Below, piece after piece: positions 13,849 through 25,389 of a DNA stretch of 64,000 nucleotides. The stretch is from Eledone cirrhosa (lineage: Eukaryota). The number at the start of each line of letters is the position of its first letter. Positions within the stretch are counted from its first letter, which is position 1. The translations under genes were made by a program, and so were the position numbers. The stretch lies in NCBI GenBank assembly GCA_964016885.1, contig OZ024756.1, positions 25,048,001-25,112,000 of the forward strand. Reading direction: 5' to 3'. The notes under the pieces are model-generated. The model saw only the letters and a program-made list of their open reading frames with translations. It searched no databases and was not told the origin of the DNA.

Positions 13849-14622
13849 TTACAACTGATTTACAAACTTGTGTACATTGGTAAAAAGGAGACTCAAGTTG
13901 GATGGAATTATGCGCAAAAGTTTTCTGAAATGCACCTTATTCAAAGTAGCGAAAATGAAGCGGTCATTACATTTCTTTATTTCTTTCTTACTCTCATCCT
14001 CATAGCAGAACAAACACATCACCTTATCTACGTGGGTTTGGTCATTGACGATAACTTCAGTTATGCAGGCAATATTGCTGTCCATATTGTGAATGGGATT
14101 CATGTCGCAGTCACACATCACAAAATAAAGAACAAACTCGTATTTCTCCTGCTTATTCAACATTCGTTCCATTTCGATGTGGAAAAATTTGTTAAAATCT
14201 TGACCCAAAACCGATTTGTACTGAATATTCGTATTACGTATGTATGTGTCAATAAAGTTCACAAAATCATTGTTCTGGTTGTAACCTTCCATGCCAACAA
14301 TATAACCCCTAAGAGTACTTTCTTGTGTCGGATATCTAACCGGTGGTTGGATATCCTGCGATTTAAGGTGATCCATTTTTTCAGCCAGCATCTGGTTGTC
14401 AGTTATCAATAATATTTGGTGAAACTTGGCCAAGGCTGAAGGTAATTTCCGGGAGAGAATATTAAGCAATTCACGAACCTGTTCTCTTCGATTCGGATGA
14501 GATAACACAGAACACATATTATCGTTTGAAAAAACGCCACCCGCAAATAAATGGTCTATGACTGTTTCCACTTCATTAAGGCATTCAACAAAGTCGGGTC
14601 GAAGTCTGATCAAGGCATCCAT
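13849..14622 (-). CDS. CARD-domain protein with a C-terminal catalytically dead caspase-like domain (257 aa from ATG 14622)
   Basis: LIRLRPDFVECLNEVETVIDHLFAGGVFS..RREQVRELLNILSRKLPSALAKFHQIL fits a CARD/death fold. The C-terminus follows caspase strand/helix order without SHG or QACRG. The ORF is uninterrupted. Confidence 0.75.
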   Translation of the reverse strand: MDALIRLRPDFVECLNEVETVIDHLFAGGVFSNDNMCSVLSHPNRREQVRELLNILSRKLPSALAKFHQILLITDNQMLAEKMDHLKSQDIQPPVRYPTQESTLRGYIVGMEGYNQNNDFVNFIDTYIRNTNIQYKSVLGQDFNKFFHIEMERMLNKQEKYEFVLYFVMCDCDMNPIHNMDSNIACITEVIVNDQTHVDKVMCLFCYEDESKKEIKKCNDRFIFATLNKVHFRKLLRIIPSNLSLLFTNVHKFVNQL

Positions 14623-16115
14623 TATATTATCCAGGAAATTACCAAAGCAAAGGGGAATAACTAGGTTTAACTTAATGCCCCAATAGGTGGCGTTGGACAA
14701 CAACGGTGTAAGGCCAAAATATATCACGACGTTAAAAATTGCCACTTCCTAGTGTTTTAATAACACAATGGTAGGAGGAAGCAGAACTGTAGTGGCCACT
14801 ACGAAGAAAGTGGGATTGAAGGTGTTGGAAAGTGTGCATGGTTAAGAGAAGTCGTCTTTCGTCGTCTGGCGCAGAGGACACACAGAGCATCTTTCCAAAA
14901 TTCTACACATATACCTGAATAGAGAGAGAGGGAGAGAAAATATACAAAGAGAAGCAAGAAGAAGACGAGAAAGAGAATTGAATAACCACCTACACTGAAG
15001 TGTAGAATCTGCCTTCGACGTTGGCCTTACTATTGTTACTTTGTTTTTTTCTTCTTTTTTATGACAAATATAATTTTATAATTAATTTGTTTAATAATGT
15101 TGTTACTTTACTAAAGTTCCACACCTAACAAAGAGTCATTCGTAAACACTTATTTTACTTGACGTTGAATATAACCCCTGATAATTCAAAGTATAACAAA
15201 GTATGAGAAGAAGCGTCTCTTTATAATTCGCTTAAGATAAAGTTAACAATTACGTACATTCTATTTTATTTTCCTTATCGGTTTGTCTGTCTAACATGAA
15301 TGACCTCCCTTATGTTAACTATGATGACAAGAATTATTTCCCTTAACATATACTAAAATTGCTTTGCGGGTTTGAGTAAGTACCAGATTGGTGGCTGGAC
15401 CAAATAAGACCACAAAACTGCAATATGGTGAGAGGTATGAAAAAGAGACATACCACATAGTCCTTCGCGTGGGTTAACAAGGGACGCGTTCAGGCCTTAG
15501 GTAGAGGGGCCTGTTCTAAAAATATATTGCAGTCTCCATTTCATGCCGCAAAAATTGATGATGGGCCTGCAACCTGTCATGGGAGGCGTGGGATGGACGC
15601 ACAGAAATTGCGTATCCCGAGACGGTATTCAGCAAATGTGAGTTCCAGCGCCACAGTTGACGCTGTTCACCTTTTTCAATTTCCAGCTGCTTATATGCCC
15701 AATTTATACGGAGCGAGCTAATTGTATGTCCAGTGCTTCCTTGCAGATGGCTCGGATACGCCTAGCGACTGCATTGTTTTGTGTATTTAAAATCGAATTT
15801 CACAATAGCCAATCAACTATTGATGTTTCAAGAAATGAATAACATTACAAATCGTTTGCAATTCTTTCAGAATGAAAATATAAACAGAGCATATAAATAA
15901 ATTTACAGTAGAATAACATAACAAATATGTTTTAAATATATACATAAATAACATTACAAATGCTTAGACAACATTATAAATTGCTCACGATTCTGTCAGA
16001 AAGATATATTCTTTTAATGTTACAATATTAAAGAAAATGTAAAAGAACGGGTGAACAACGGAGCCAACACCAGCGCAAAAGACAACAACGTCGCGAGGAG
16101 TACTGGGAAACCTCT

Positions 16116-17900
16116 CTAATGATTTTTGAGGCAAGCCAGCACACTCGCAGCGTTGCCTCGGGTGATGGCGAGGCTGATGCGCTGAAACAGCCAAGCGCCC
16201 TCGCGAGATTCGCCAGTTACCTCTATTAGGCGAGCCGCCAGTGAAGAGAGGAACCTCGTAGTCAACGGCCTGACTCCCCCAAACGTCTCGAAAGTCACAG
16301 GCTGAAAAATGTAGCTGGCCGACAGATCAGAGTATTTGAGGGTCTTACTCCGCTCGGCTGAGGAAGCTGTGGCTCTCGTCCTAACCGCAAAATCCAGGAT
16401 GTGGGAAAGAGCAAAAGAGTCACTAACAGTGACGTCCCAGACAAGGCACCTGCCTCTCGACCAGGGGCACAGGGTAAGGCCGTCAGGTCTTTTGCCGTCA
16501 CTTCTGGACAACCCAGATGGTTTCAAGACTGAGGGGATATTCGCCCGGGCCAAAGCTCTCTTCAGAATGATGTTTAGCTCTGTGTGACGCGCGAAGCGGC
16601 CGGCATTCAGGCGGCAAAAAAGACCCTGGAGGCCTGCGGAGTCGAGAAGTTTGCCGCATCGGCACCTCAAACCCATGCAGACGTCAGCTCCCACTCTGAG
16701 GGCGATGGAGACACAAAGTTCGTCCAGGCTGAGTAGGCCACCAACGTTGGCCACGGGTAGGGCATCAACCCAGTCGCCTGAGTATTTGGCGCTGGCAGAT
16801 AGTAAGCGGCACCTTGCAAACTGATCTGACTGGATGAAGAGGGAGTCGAAGGTGGCCTTCGAACTTATGCTGTCCCAAGTTCTCTGACTTCGACTGTCCT
16901 CCACCTTCTCAGGAAGAGACAAGCCCAACTCACTCCATTGCTGGAGAGCTTCACCCCACTCTCTGTTGGAACTAGTCCATGTTGGAGAGGAGTGGATGCT
17001 GCTCACCAGGGTGGAGCAAGCGTGGGTGGAGGAAAGGAAGCAGGGGAGAGAGAGGGACGAACACTTACGAAGACCAAGACCCCCAAATCACTTGGATAAC
17101 GCAGCCTGATCGCGGGACTCTGGAGAGAGTCTAACATTGACCAGGCACTCGAGTCTCTCGAAGATTAGGTCGTCGAAACGTTGGAGGCAGGACGGTAATC
17201 TGTGAGAGGGGCTGACTCTGAGCAGATACAGCAGCTTAGGAATAGACAGGTAGTTCCTGAGTATGAAGAAACCTTGATGGGGTTCGATAACTTCATTATT
17301 CCTCAGCAGCTGCTCAAGGCCAACCATCTTCGATTGGAAGATTGACTCGAAGGCCTGGTCTGTGATTGGGGCTCCTAAGGAGCACCAAGCCGACGGGGGA
17401 GGGACCGCAATGGAAGGGAAGGACTCTGCAAGCAGGTCGATTAGCTGTTGGTGTTGAGAAGCCGGGTGGTTGAGGATCCAGAGCTCACATTTGGAGCTAT
17501 TGACCTGGAGACCCCGGCGGCCAAGCTCCTCAACCATCTTGTTGGCAGTGGCGAGAACCATATCCGGAGTTCCCCCCAAACAGGCGTCATCGAGGTACCA
17601 GACATTGAGGTCCAACTCAACCCCCATCTTGGTGACGTCATCAATGCCCAGTGCAAACAGGGCGGGCCCGAGTGGGTCACCCTGTTGGACTCCTGAGGCA
17701 GAGGTGATGAATTGGTCACCGAAAGAGAGGTAGGAGGGTTCCTGATAAGCCTGCCAAGCAAAGTGGTAGAGTTGTGGGACCCTCTCTATTACTGAGCCGA
17801 GGACGATGTCGCGGCTGACGGAGTTGAATGCATTCTTGAGGCCAAGTTTGAGGCTGACCTTGGGGGACGAGGAGGGCAAGTTGGTAAAAGCTGCCAACTC
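16116..17900 (-). mobile_element. CRE-like non-LTR retrotransposon (RT + restriction-like endonuclease), 5'-truncated and disrupted
   Basis: KNAFNSV, GVQQGDPLGPALF and WYLDD in the RT. C-terminal CRCG..RH..RPDGLTL.PW..G..LVWDVTV..PVTFETFG RLE. A stop/frameshift separates the two ORFs. Confidence 0.85.
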
Positions 17901-19006
17901 TGCCTAATGGAACTATATTATATAGTGCAAGCACCCCAGGACCTCAAAAATTGTCGGACTGCAACAATCTTTCTATAGATGGACCCCAACAACCACATAA
18001 CCACCATAACACCTGATGCTCTCAACACCACACCCTGGCCTGACTTACCAGCGGTGGACGTACCATTAAACAACTTGGAACAACACCATCATCCACCCTC
18101 TTTTTTCCCTCCAGGAAGCTGCACTACATATATTCAGCTGGGCTTACCCCGCTATATTCTTCCACACGGCCAGACAGATCTTTGGGTAATTTTACAGAAC
18201 TGCCGCTTATACCCAAGCAACTTCTTAGACAACTGATCATATAAATATACAAATTCTATCTAAAGTGACATTACCTCTCCGGGCCTTCAAATTCACACCG
18301 AACTTGCCACTTTGCACTAGTTAAACCGGTTTATAGTCTTTAATGACTTTACTAATAATTCATGCTCACACCTTAACACCGCCTCATTACATTGAGTTGA
18401 CTAACCCTGTTTACGTTAATTCCTTTTAAATAATAAATAAAATTTCTTACTAAGCCGGTAGCGGTCATTATTTTGAGAAGTAACATTACAACAGCACCGG
18501 TAATTACCTCCCTTAGCATGCTAACATCTTTCCACCATTTTTTTTACACTTAACAACGTATATGTAATATGCATTCTGATGTTAAAGTATTATTCTACCG
18601 GTATAGGGTATGTTATTAAAAACTCTGCCTTAATATCTGCCTCAGGCGAGCCCCATTGGGCGAAACATGTGTAAGAGCTTTATAAAGATATTTTTTAACG
18701 GCTTGTAACTCTTTAATTATTTATTTTGCCTATCAGCGCTCTGCTTATTCTTGTACACTAAATATTAATCTTCTCTAATATTTAACCCTGATAACCCAAG
18801 CATCGAGCACTTATACACCCGCTTTTGGCATGTAATACTCTGTATCGCATCTCTTTATACCTCTTCTTTCTATCCTCTTTTACGATACTGTAACTTTTTA
18901 TTATATATATATATATATATATATCTTTTGCAGGGCTTCATATATGTTTCTTAATGTAATTGCAAATTGATCGCATATCTCTCCCTCTCTCTCTCTCTCT
19001 CTCCCC

Positions 19007-19092
<86 letters not shown>

Positions 19093-19124
19093 GGGGGGGA
19101 GGGGAGAGAGAGAGGAGATATGCG

Positions 19125-20944
19125 ATCAATTTGCAATTACATTAAGAAACATATATGAAGCCCTGCAAAAGACTTCTGAAACCACTAGTCCCAAGCAAGC
19201 AAAGTTAAATGCAGAGTTCCTTGGGAAACTTCAGCTCTTATCGAAAAAAGAGAAACACTTAGAAAGATTTCCAAACAAACCTTACAAGATCAAACCTCTT
19301 CTCTAAAGCACACAAGGGATTAGCCATGGAATATCAAAAAAAGTAATAGATTTATATACAAAAACAAATCGACAACATCAAAGTTTCCATTGATAATATA
19401 CAATCATCAGTGGCATGGGAAATTGTTAATGAAGTAAGTGAAAGAAAGTGCTCCTCAAAATCTGAACTGAAAGCAGCAAGTGAACGACTGAAACTGCGAA
19501 GAGATCACTTTAAAAACCTACTTGGTAAACCGCTTAAAATTACAAACTTTGAAATTAGAAAGATCATCCACCATTAACTCAACATACAACTTAGGGAGTT
19601 TTCTATGGGTGAATTGGAAGCAGAGATAAAATCGTTGAAGAACAGAAAGGAAGCTGGTTTTGACGAAATCCCACCTGAAGCTTGGCAGACAGGGAAATTT
19701 AATGATATTCTTCTTCGACTCTGTAATGCTATGTACCACTAAAACCGTATAGAGAAATGGAGTAAAAGATGCATCTTCCTTTTTCGAAAAGAAGGGAGAT
19801 CTCGTTGTCATCAAAAATTGTACGTGGATTACTCACACCGCCATATCTACCAACGTCTACAATGCCTTGCTACTCAATCGCATCTGAGCGACGATTGGAA
19901 ACATCTTGAGGAAAAACCAAAATGATATTCGAAGAAATAGATCAACATCCGCCCAGATTCTTACAGTCAGAAGAGTTATTGAGGGAATTTGTGCGAAGAA
20001 CCTGAAAGTAGTCCTCCTATTTGTTGACCTTTCTAAGGCCTCTGACTCGAGGGGAAATGGAAGGAATACTTCTTGCATCTGTATCCCAAAGGAAACTGCC
20101 AACGCCATCATGATGTTGTATAGAAATACCCAATCTATAGTTCGTTCTCCAGGTGGTGACTCAGTGGCTGGTGCCATCCAGAAAGATACCTTAACATCAT
20201 ATCTGTTCATCATGTGTAGAATATGTTCTACGTACCTGTGTGGATGAGATGAAGGACAAAGGATTCACCCTTCAACTAGCCAGAGGCAGACGTTTTCGAA
20301 CTGTGACCATTACAGATGCTGACTATGCTGATGACTTGGCACTACTAGCAGATGAAGTTTGTGAAGCAGTGTCTTTCTTGCATAGCCTTGAAAGTGCTTC
20401 TAAAGGTGTTGGTCTCTATGTCAATTCGAACAAGGCAAGGCAGAATATATGATGTACAACCAGAACGGTAACATTAACTTCATATCTGGAAAATCCTTGA
20501 AAAATGTCGACAAATTCACATACCTTGGAAGTAAAATTGCAAAGGAAGATCTGTCGGTGTGTAATGTTCATGTACGAATCTGCAAAGTCTGGACAGCTTA
20601 AAATAAATTATCAACGGTTTGGAAATCTAAGCTTCCATTTAGTTTGAAACGTGATTTTTTTTTCAAGCCGTTGTGCCTGGACATCTGGAGACAACACCCT
20701 ACGAAAGAACTTCTCTCTGGAAATTTACTACCAATATTACACGTCATTAGATAAAGAAGAACAAAGCTTGTTGGACATTTCTCTAGAGCAAAGGATGAGA
20801 TCGTCAGTGACATTCTCCTTTGGGAATCGAAGCATGGGTAAGCAAATGTTGGTAGACCACACTGAACACCTATATAAAGCAATGGCAAAACGAACTGACT
20901 GCAGAGAGCGAGTCATTGTGATCCATACAATAAGTATGATGTCC

Positions 20945-20975
<31 letters not shown>
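19125..20975 (+). mobile_element. RTE-clade LINE, degenerate, with (GAT)n tail
   Basis: RKNQN..RRNRST..FVDLSKASDS and DYADDLAL RT motifs, followed by a tandem-repeat 3' tail. Confidence 0.85.
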
Positions 20976-21023
20976 ATACATATATATCATCATCATCCCC
21001 TTCATCCGTTCATTGGTTTATTA

Positions 21024-21056
<33 letters not shown>

Positions 21057-21059
<3 letters not shown>

Positions 21060-21261
21060 CGAGTAGGACCCCGACGGCTGAGCCCAAGCCGTTTCGACGG
21101 CTAATTCTGGACTCAGAATTAGCCGTCCAGAATTAGCCGTCGAAACGGCTTGAGCTCAGCCGTCGGAGTCCTACTCGTTCCTATTACCCACTCTACTACC
21201 CTAAGTATTGAGTACTTTGGTGCGTTATGGTCCACCTGGTTCCTTACCACATTTCCTTCGT

Positions 21262-21265
<4 letters not shown>
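21057..21265 (+). mobile_element. Fold-back mini-element, family B
   Basis: Palindrome 21057-21180 centred on the GACGGCTAATTCTG hairpin, then the family tail, between (TA)n tracts. Confidence 0.8.
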
Positions 21266-21294
<29 letters not shown>

Positions 21295-21299
21295 GTATG

Positions 21300-21389
<90 letters not shown>

Positions 21390-21432
21390 CAATATATTAA
21401 TAAATTGAAACTATATTTATAAAACCATAATT

Positions 21433-21495
21433 ATTTTATTATATATATTTCAAGGGCGACCAAGCCAATCTTGGTGCGCTTTCATCAGATAAAAT
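21433..21495 (-). ncRNA. Type I hammerhead ribozyme motif (family A)
   Basis: ATTTTAT-CTGATGA-AAGCGCACCAAG..CTTGGTCGCCCTT-GAAA-TATATA-TA-ATAAAAT. Confidence 0.7.
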
Positions 21496-22980
21496 ACAAA
21501 ATTTGATTTATAAATAGTGACATAACCATGGAAAACAACCTTGACGGTTGAAAATTCGCTGGATAGTGAAAATTTATTAAGGGTAATTCAAAGTTATATG
21601 TAAATATACAACTGAATGTCCGAGAAATTGAAAAAAACAACCGTTTATTTAAATTACGTTGTGGGAAGAAGAGAAAGAAAAGTAAAATATTAGTATATGT
21701 AGAAATAGAGTGAAGAAATAGAGTGAAGAAAGAGCGAAGAAAGAAGCTTATCCGAGGATGAGCTCATATAACGTAAATAAGTCTTATGTTTATGTTACGT
21801 ATTTATGTTACGTATATTTACTAATAATTGTTGGAATGTTATTATAATAAAAAAATTACTTACTATTATAAGTATATAGAAAACTAGATATATAGAAAAA
21901 ATAGAGATATATTAAAATATATTAAAATATATTAAAATATATTAAAATATATTAAAATAGATTTAAGATAAATATGAAGTAGAAGCATAGGATAAAATAT
22001 AGATATAAGGATAGATATATGAGTGGATAGATGGGTATATCATGTTATAGATGATAAATTATGAGGGATACTAGTTTATATTTAGTGTAAGTAATAAGAT
22101 TACTTATATGTTTTTAATGCTTTACATTGGAAAAATATTGAAAATCCTAGTTTTGTTTATTTATTAGTTATTATGAGATAATTTTGACAAAGATATGTTT
22201 AAAGATATATTTAGCCAGGGTTAGTTATTGGTTATAACTCTAATATTAAGTAATTAAACAATTAAAAATGATTGAAAGTATAAGAAAATATTAAAAACCA
22301 TTGAAAAATTATGATTATAAAATATTAAAAATTCTAGACAAAATTCCTGAAAATTCCTGGGAAAAACTTTCAAAGAGATTTTTTTTAAATCTCAAAAAAC
22401 TCCGAAGATACTCAAAAACCTTTTAAAAACCTTTAAAAAGTGTTTAAAATTAATTAAAAACCTAAAATTATTCAGGAAATATAACTAAAAACCTAAAATT
22501 ATTCAAAAAATATAAAGAAATATTAAGAAATAATATTAATAAATATTTTAAAATACTTTAAAATATTTTAAAATATTGGAAAATATTGGAAAAAATACTA
22601 AAAAATATATTAAAAATATTAATATAACCCAAAATAATCCTTAAAAAAATAATCCTTAAAAAATAGTTTTTTTGGAAATAAGTAAATTTAAAAAAAAAAA
22701 GTTTCTAAAAAGATTATGAGATATTTTGGAAGTAAAGATAAAAAAATAAAGATATTTAAGAAGTAAAAATATTAAAAAGTAAAGATTTAAGAAGTAAATT
22801 ATATATATTTGAGAAGTAAAAGATATTAAAATTAGAATTACATTAAATTTGAAGATTTAGAATTTATGAACATATATATGCTTATAATTTAAGAAATGAA
22901 ATTATAGGTGTTTGGATAAAGTAAACATTATGTAGAAAAGATTAAACGTGTAATTATATTTTATATATAGATCTAAAAGT

Positions 22981-23874
22981 TTAGTTTTGGCGATGTTTAC
23001 AAGAACTAAATAAATTGTTACGTAAATTAATGGAGTTCTTACATTTAAGTATGAAGAAAATTTCCTCAACACACAAATTGCAAAATTTGGATAAAGCTGT
23101 GTTCTTGTAAGCGGGTGCTTCCGAAATTACATTCCAAGTTAAAGAATAGTCTCTATTTTTGGATTTTAACTTCCATATCAAGTTGGATAGAGAAATTGAA
23201 GATTTTTTACCAATATTATTAAACGAACATTTATTGTTATTGAAATGAGATTTAAAGTCTGTAGAAGTTGAGCCAACATAGTTAAAAATATTATCATTGG
23301 TTTTGACATTGCATTTATAGACCACATTTTTAACTAAACAGTTATTTTTTAAAGGACAGTTAGATTTAATTCTACAATTACATTTATCAGAGTTTATATT
23401 ATTCGGAACAGTATTATTATATTGGATATTACTAGAGGTATTAGTGCTATTCTGGTTAAGGTTTAGATTTCTATTATTGATTCTATTTATATTTTGTGCT
23501 AGGTTCATAGTAGTAGAGTAAGATAGTTTAATTGTATGTCTGTTAAAGATTGAGTAATATCTATGGCGCTTGGGAAAACATTTATCAAGAGCTTTAAAAA
23601 ATAGTTTAGCTAAAGGTGTTTTAATACTTAGTGAAAATGGAGGAGCATACCAGATTATGTTTCTAGTTCTATTTCTTCTGTTACTTTTAGAGTTTATGCT
23701 AGGTTTCTTATTATAATTATAATTAATATTATGGTTAATTGCCTTATCATTGTTGTCGATGTATTTAATTTCATTTATATAGCCTGCTCTACTTAAAGCT
23801 TCGTTATAATATTGTGCCTTATCTTCAAATATATTTTTATTCGCTGAGATTTTTTTTTTCATTTTCTCGGACAT
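22981..23874 (-). CDS. PLE thumb end + linker + GIY-YIG endonuclease, no RT core (297 aa)
   Basis: CNCx5CPLKNNC linker, VVYKC..FNYVGST (GIY-YIG), and C-terminal CNLCVEE..LRNNL..CKH. The CxCx5C linker resembles that described for Hydra-clade PLEs. Confidence 0.8.
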   Translation of the reverse strand: MSEKMKKKISANKNIFEDKAQYYNEALSRAGYINEIKYIDNNDKAINHNINYNYNKKPSINSKSNRRNRTRNIIWYAPPFSLSIKTPLAKLFFKALDKCFPKRHRYYSIFNRHTIKLSYSTTMNLAQNINRINNRNLNLNQNSTNTSSNIQYNNTVPNNINSDKCNCRIKSNCPLKNNCLVKNVVYKCNVKTNDNIFNYVGSTSTDFKSHFNNNKCSFNNIGKKSSISLSNLIWKLKSKNRDYSLTWNVISEAPAYKNTALSKFCNLCVEEIFFILKCKNSINLRNNLFSSCKHRQN

Positions 23875-23994
23875 TCATTTGCATATTCACACATAACTTT
23901 GAATTACCCTTAATAAATTTTCACTATCCAGCGAATTTTCAATCGTCAATGTTGTTTTCCATGGTTATGTCACTATTTATAAAACAAATTTTGT

Positions 23995-24056
23995 ATTTTA
24001 TCTGATGAAAGCGCACCAAGGGTTGGCTTGGTTTCCCTTGAAATATATAATAAAAT
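23995..24056 (+). ncRNA. Type I hammerhead ribozyme motif (family A)
   Basis: ATTTTAT-CTGATGA-stem II-GAAA-TATA-TA-ATAAAAT. Confidence 0.7.
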
Positions 24057-24191
24057 AATTATGGTTTTATAAATATAGTTTCCATTTATTAATATATTGA
24101 ATATTTGCTCCAGTTATCTGTTGAGTGCTCTATATAAGTTATAAACTTATAAACTTTTAAGTTTGTTGGAATCTCAACAAAATAAATATAA

Positions 24192-24260
<69 letters not shown>

Positions 24261-24291
24261 ATGTATATATATATGTGTGTGTGTGTGTGTG

Positions 24292-24348
<57 letters not shown>

Positions 24349-24411
24349 TAAAATAACAGATTAGAGTTTAAGCAATGAATCGCTGCTTTCACCCTTAACG
24401 GGATCTTCTGA

Positions 24412-24469
<58 letters not shown>

Positions 24470-24484
24470 CATATATATATATAC

Positions 24485-24555
<71 letters not shown>

Positions 24556-25162
24556 TATACATACGTAATAAACAACTAAATGTATATAAGGAAGAAAAAA
24601 GAGTCATGTCTATTGAGTAATATATAATTTAATCGAATACTTCATATTGCATGTACAAACGTGAGAAATGTTACTCAATACATGTAGAGTGCTCACATAT
24701 CCATACACACACACACACGCACGCTGTACTAGAACACGTACACACATACGTACACACAAGTTCACACATTTACACACATACGCATACATGTATAGACACA
24801 CATACAATCACATACATACACACATATAAGCCAGAGAGAGGTCCGAAAGACATTTTGCGGATTTTAAAAAAAATTATTATTGGAGATTGTCAGATATTGA
24901 AGACCCTATGAGCTACGGGTTTATCTACTAGCCACACACCTTCGCTCTTATGTAATGGAATGGATTTTCGTCGGTTTCGGCGATGAGTGTTCCAGTTGTT
25001 CGATAGGCAGAAAAGCTTGCTTGGGAAATTAAAAAGTAAATGGCTGAGCTTTCTACAGAAACGTGAGTTGACCAAAATTGATCAATACGTCTCGAGCCGA
25101 AGTTCGTAGGAGGAAACTGTGCCAGTAAACCGGATTATATATATATATATACATATATATAT

Positions 25163-25200
<38 letters not shown>

Positions 25201-25323
25201 GATAAATCTATGAATATGCATACCAATTCTAACACATATATGTCCTAGAAACGATCGTAAAATAATGAACTTTTTTTGTTTAATATAAGGAACTGTTTCT
25301 TTGTTTTATTCATTATTTTTTTA

Positions 25324-25387
<64 letters not shown>

Positions 25388-25389
25388 GG

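Larger units (their letters stand above)
21390..24195 (-). mobile_element. RT-less Penelope-like element: GIY-YIG ORF between ~245-bp inverted HHR-containing arms
   Basis: Arms at about 21390-21635 and 23855-24100 are reverse complements. Each contains an HHR, and both flanks are microsatellite. Confidence 0.85.

Noticed and set aside
13870-14412. 180-aa plus-strand ORF
   Set aside because: Antisense shadow of the CARD gene with no motifs.
18640-18680. Functional HHR (GCCC catt GGGC GAAAC ATGT GTA AGAG)
   Set aside because: Stems II and III are present but the CUGANGA core is decayed (CAGGCGA), so it is counted only as a relic.
21640-22980. Organellar (NUMT) control region or hidden gene in the AT-rich stretch
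   Set aside because: No ORF of 60 aa or more and no recognisable tRNA or rRNA. It lies inside the PLE-derived element and is best read as its 3' UTR with short tandem repeats.
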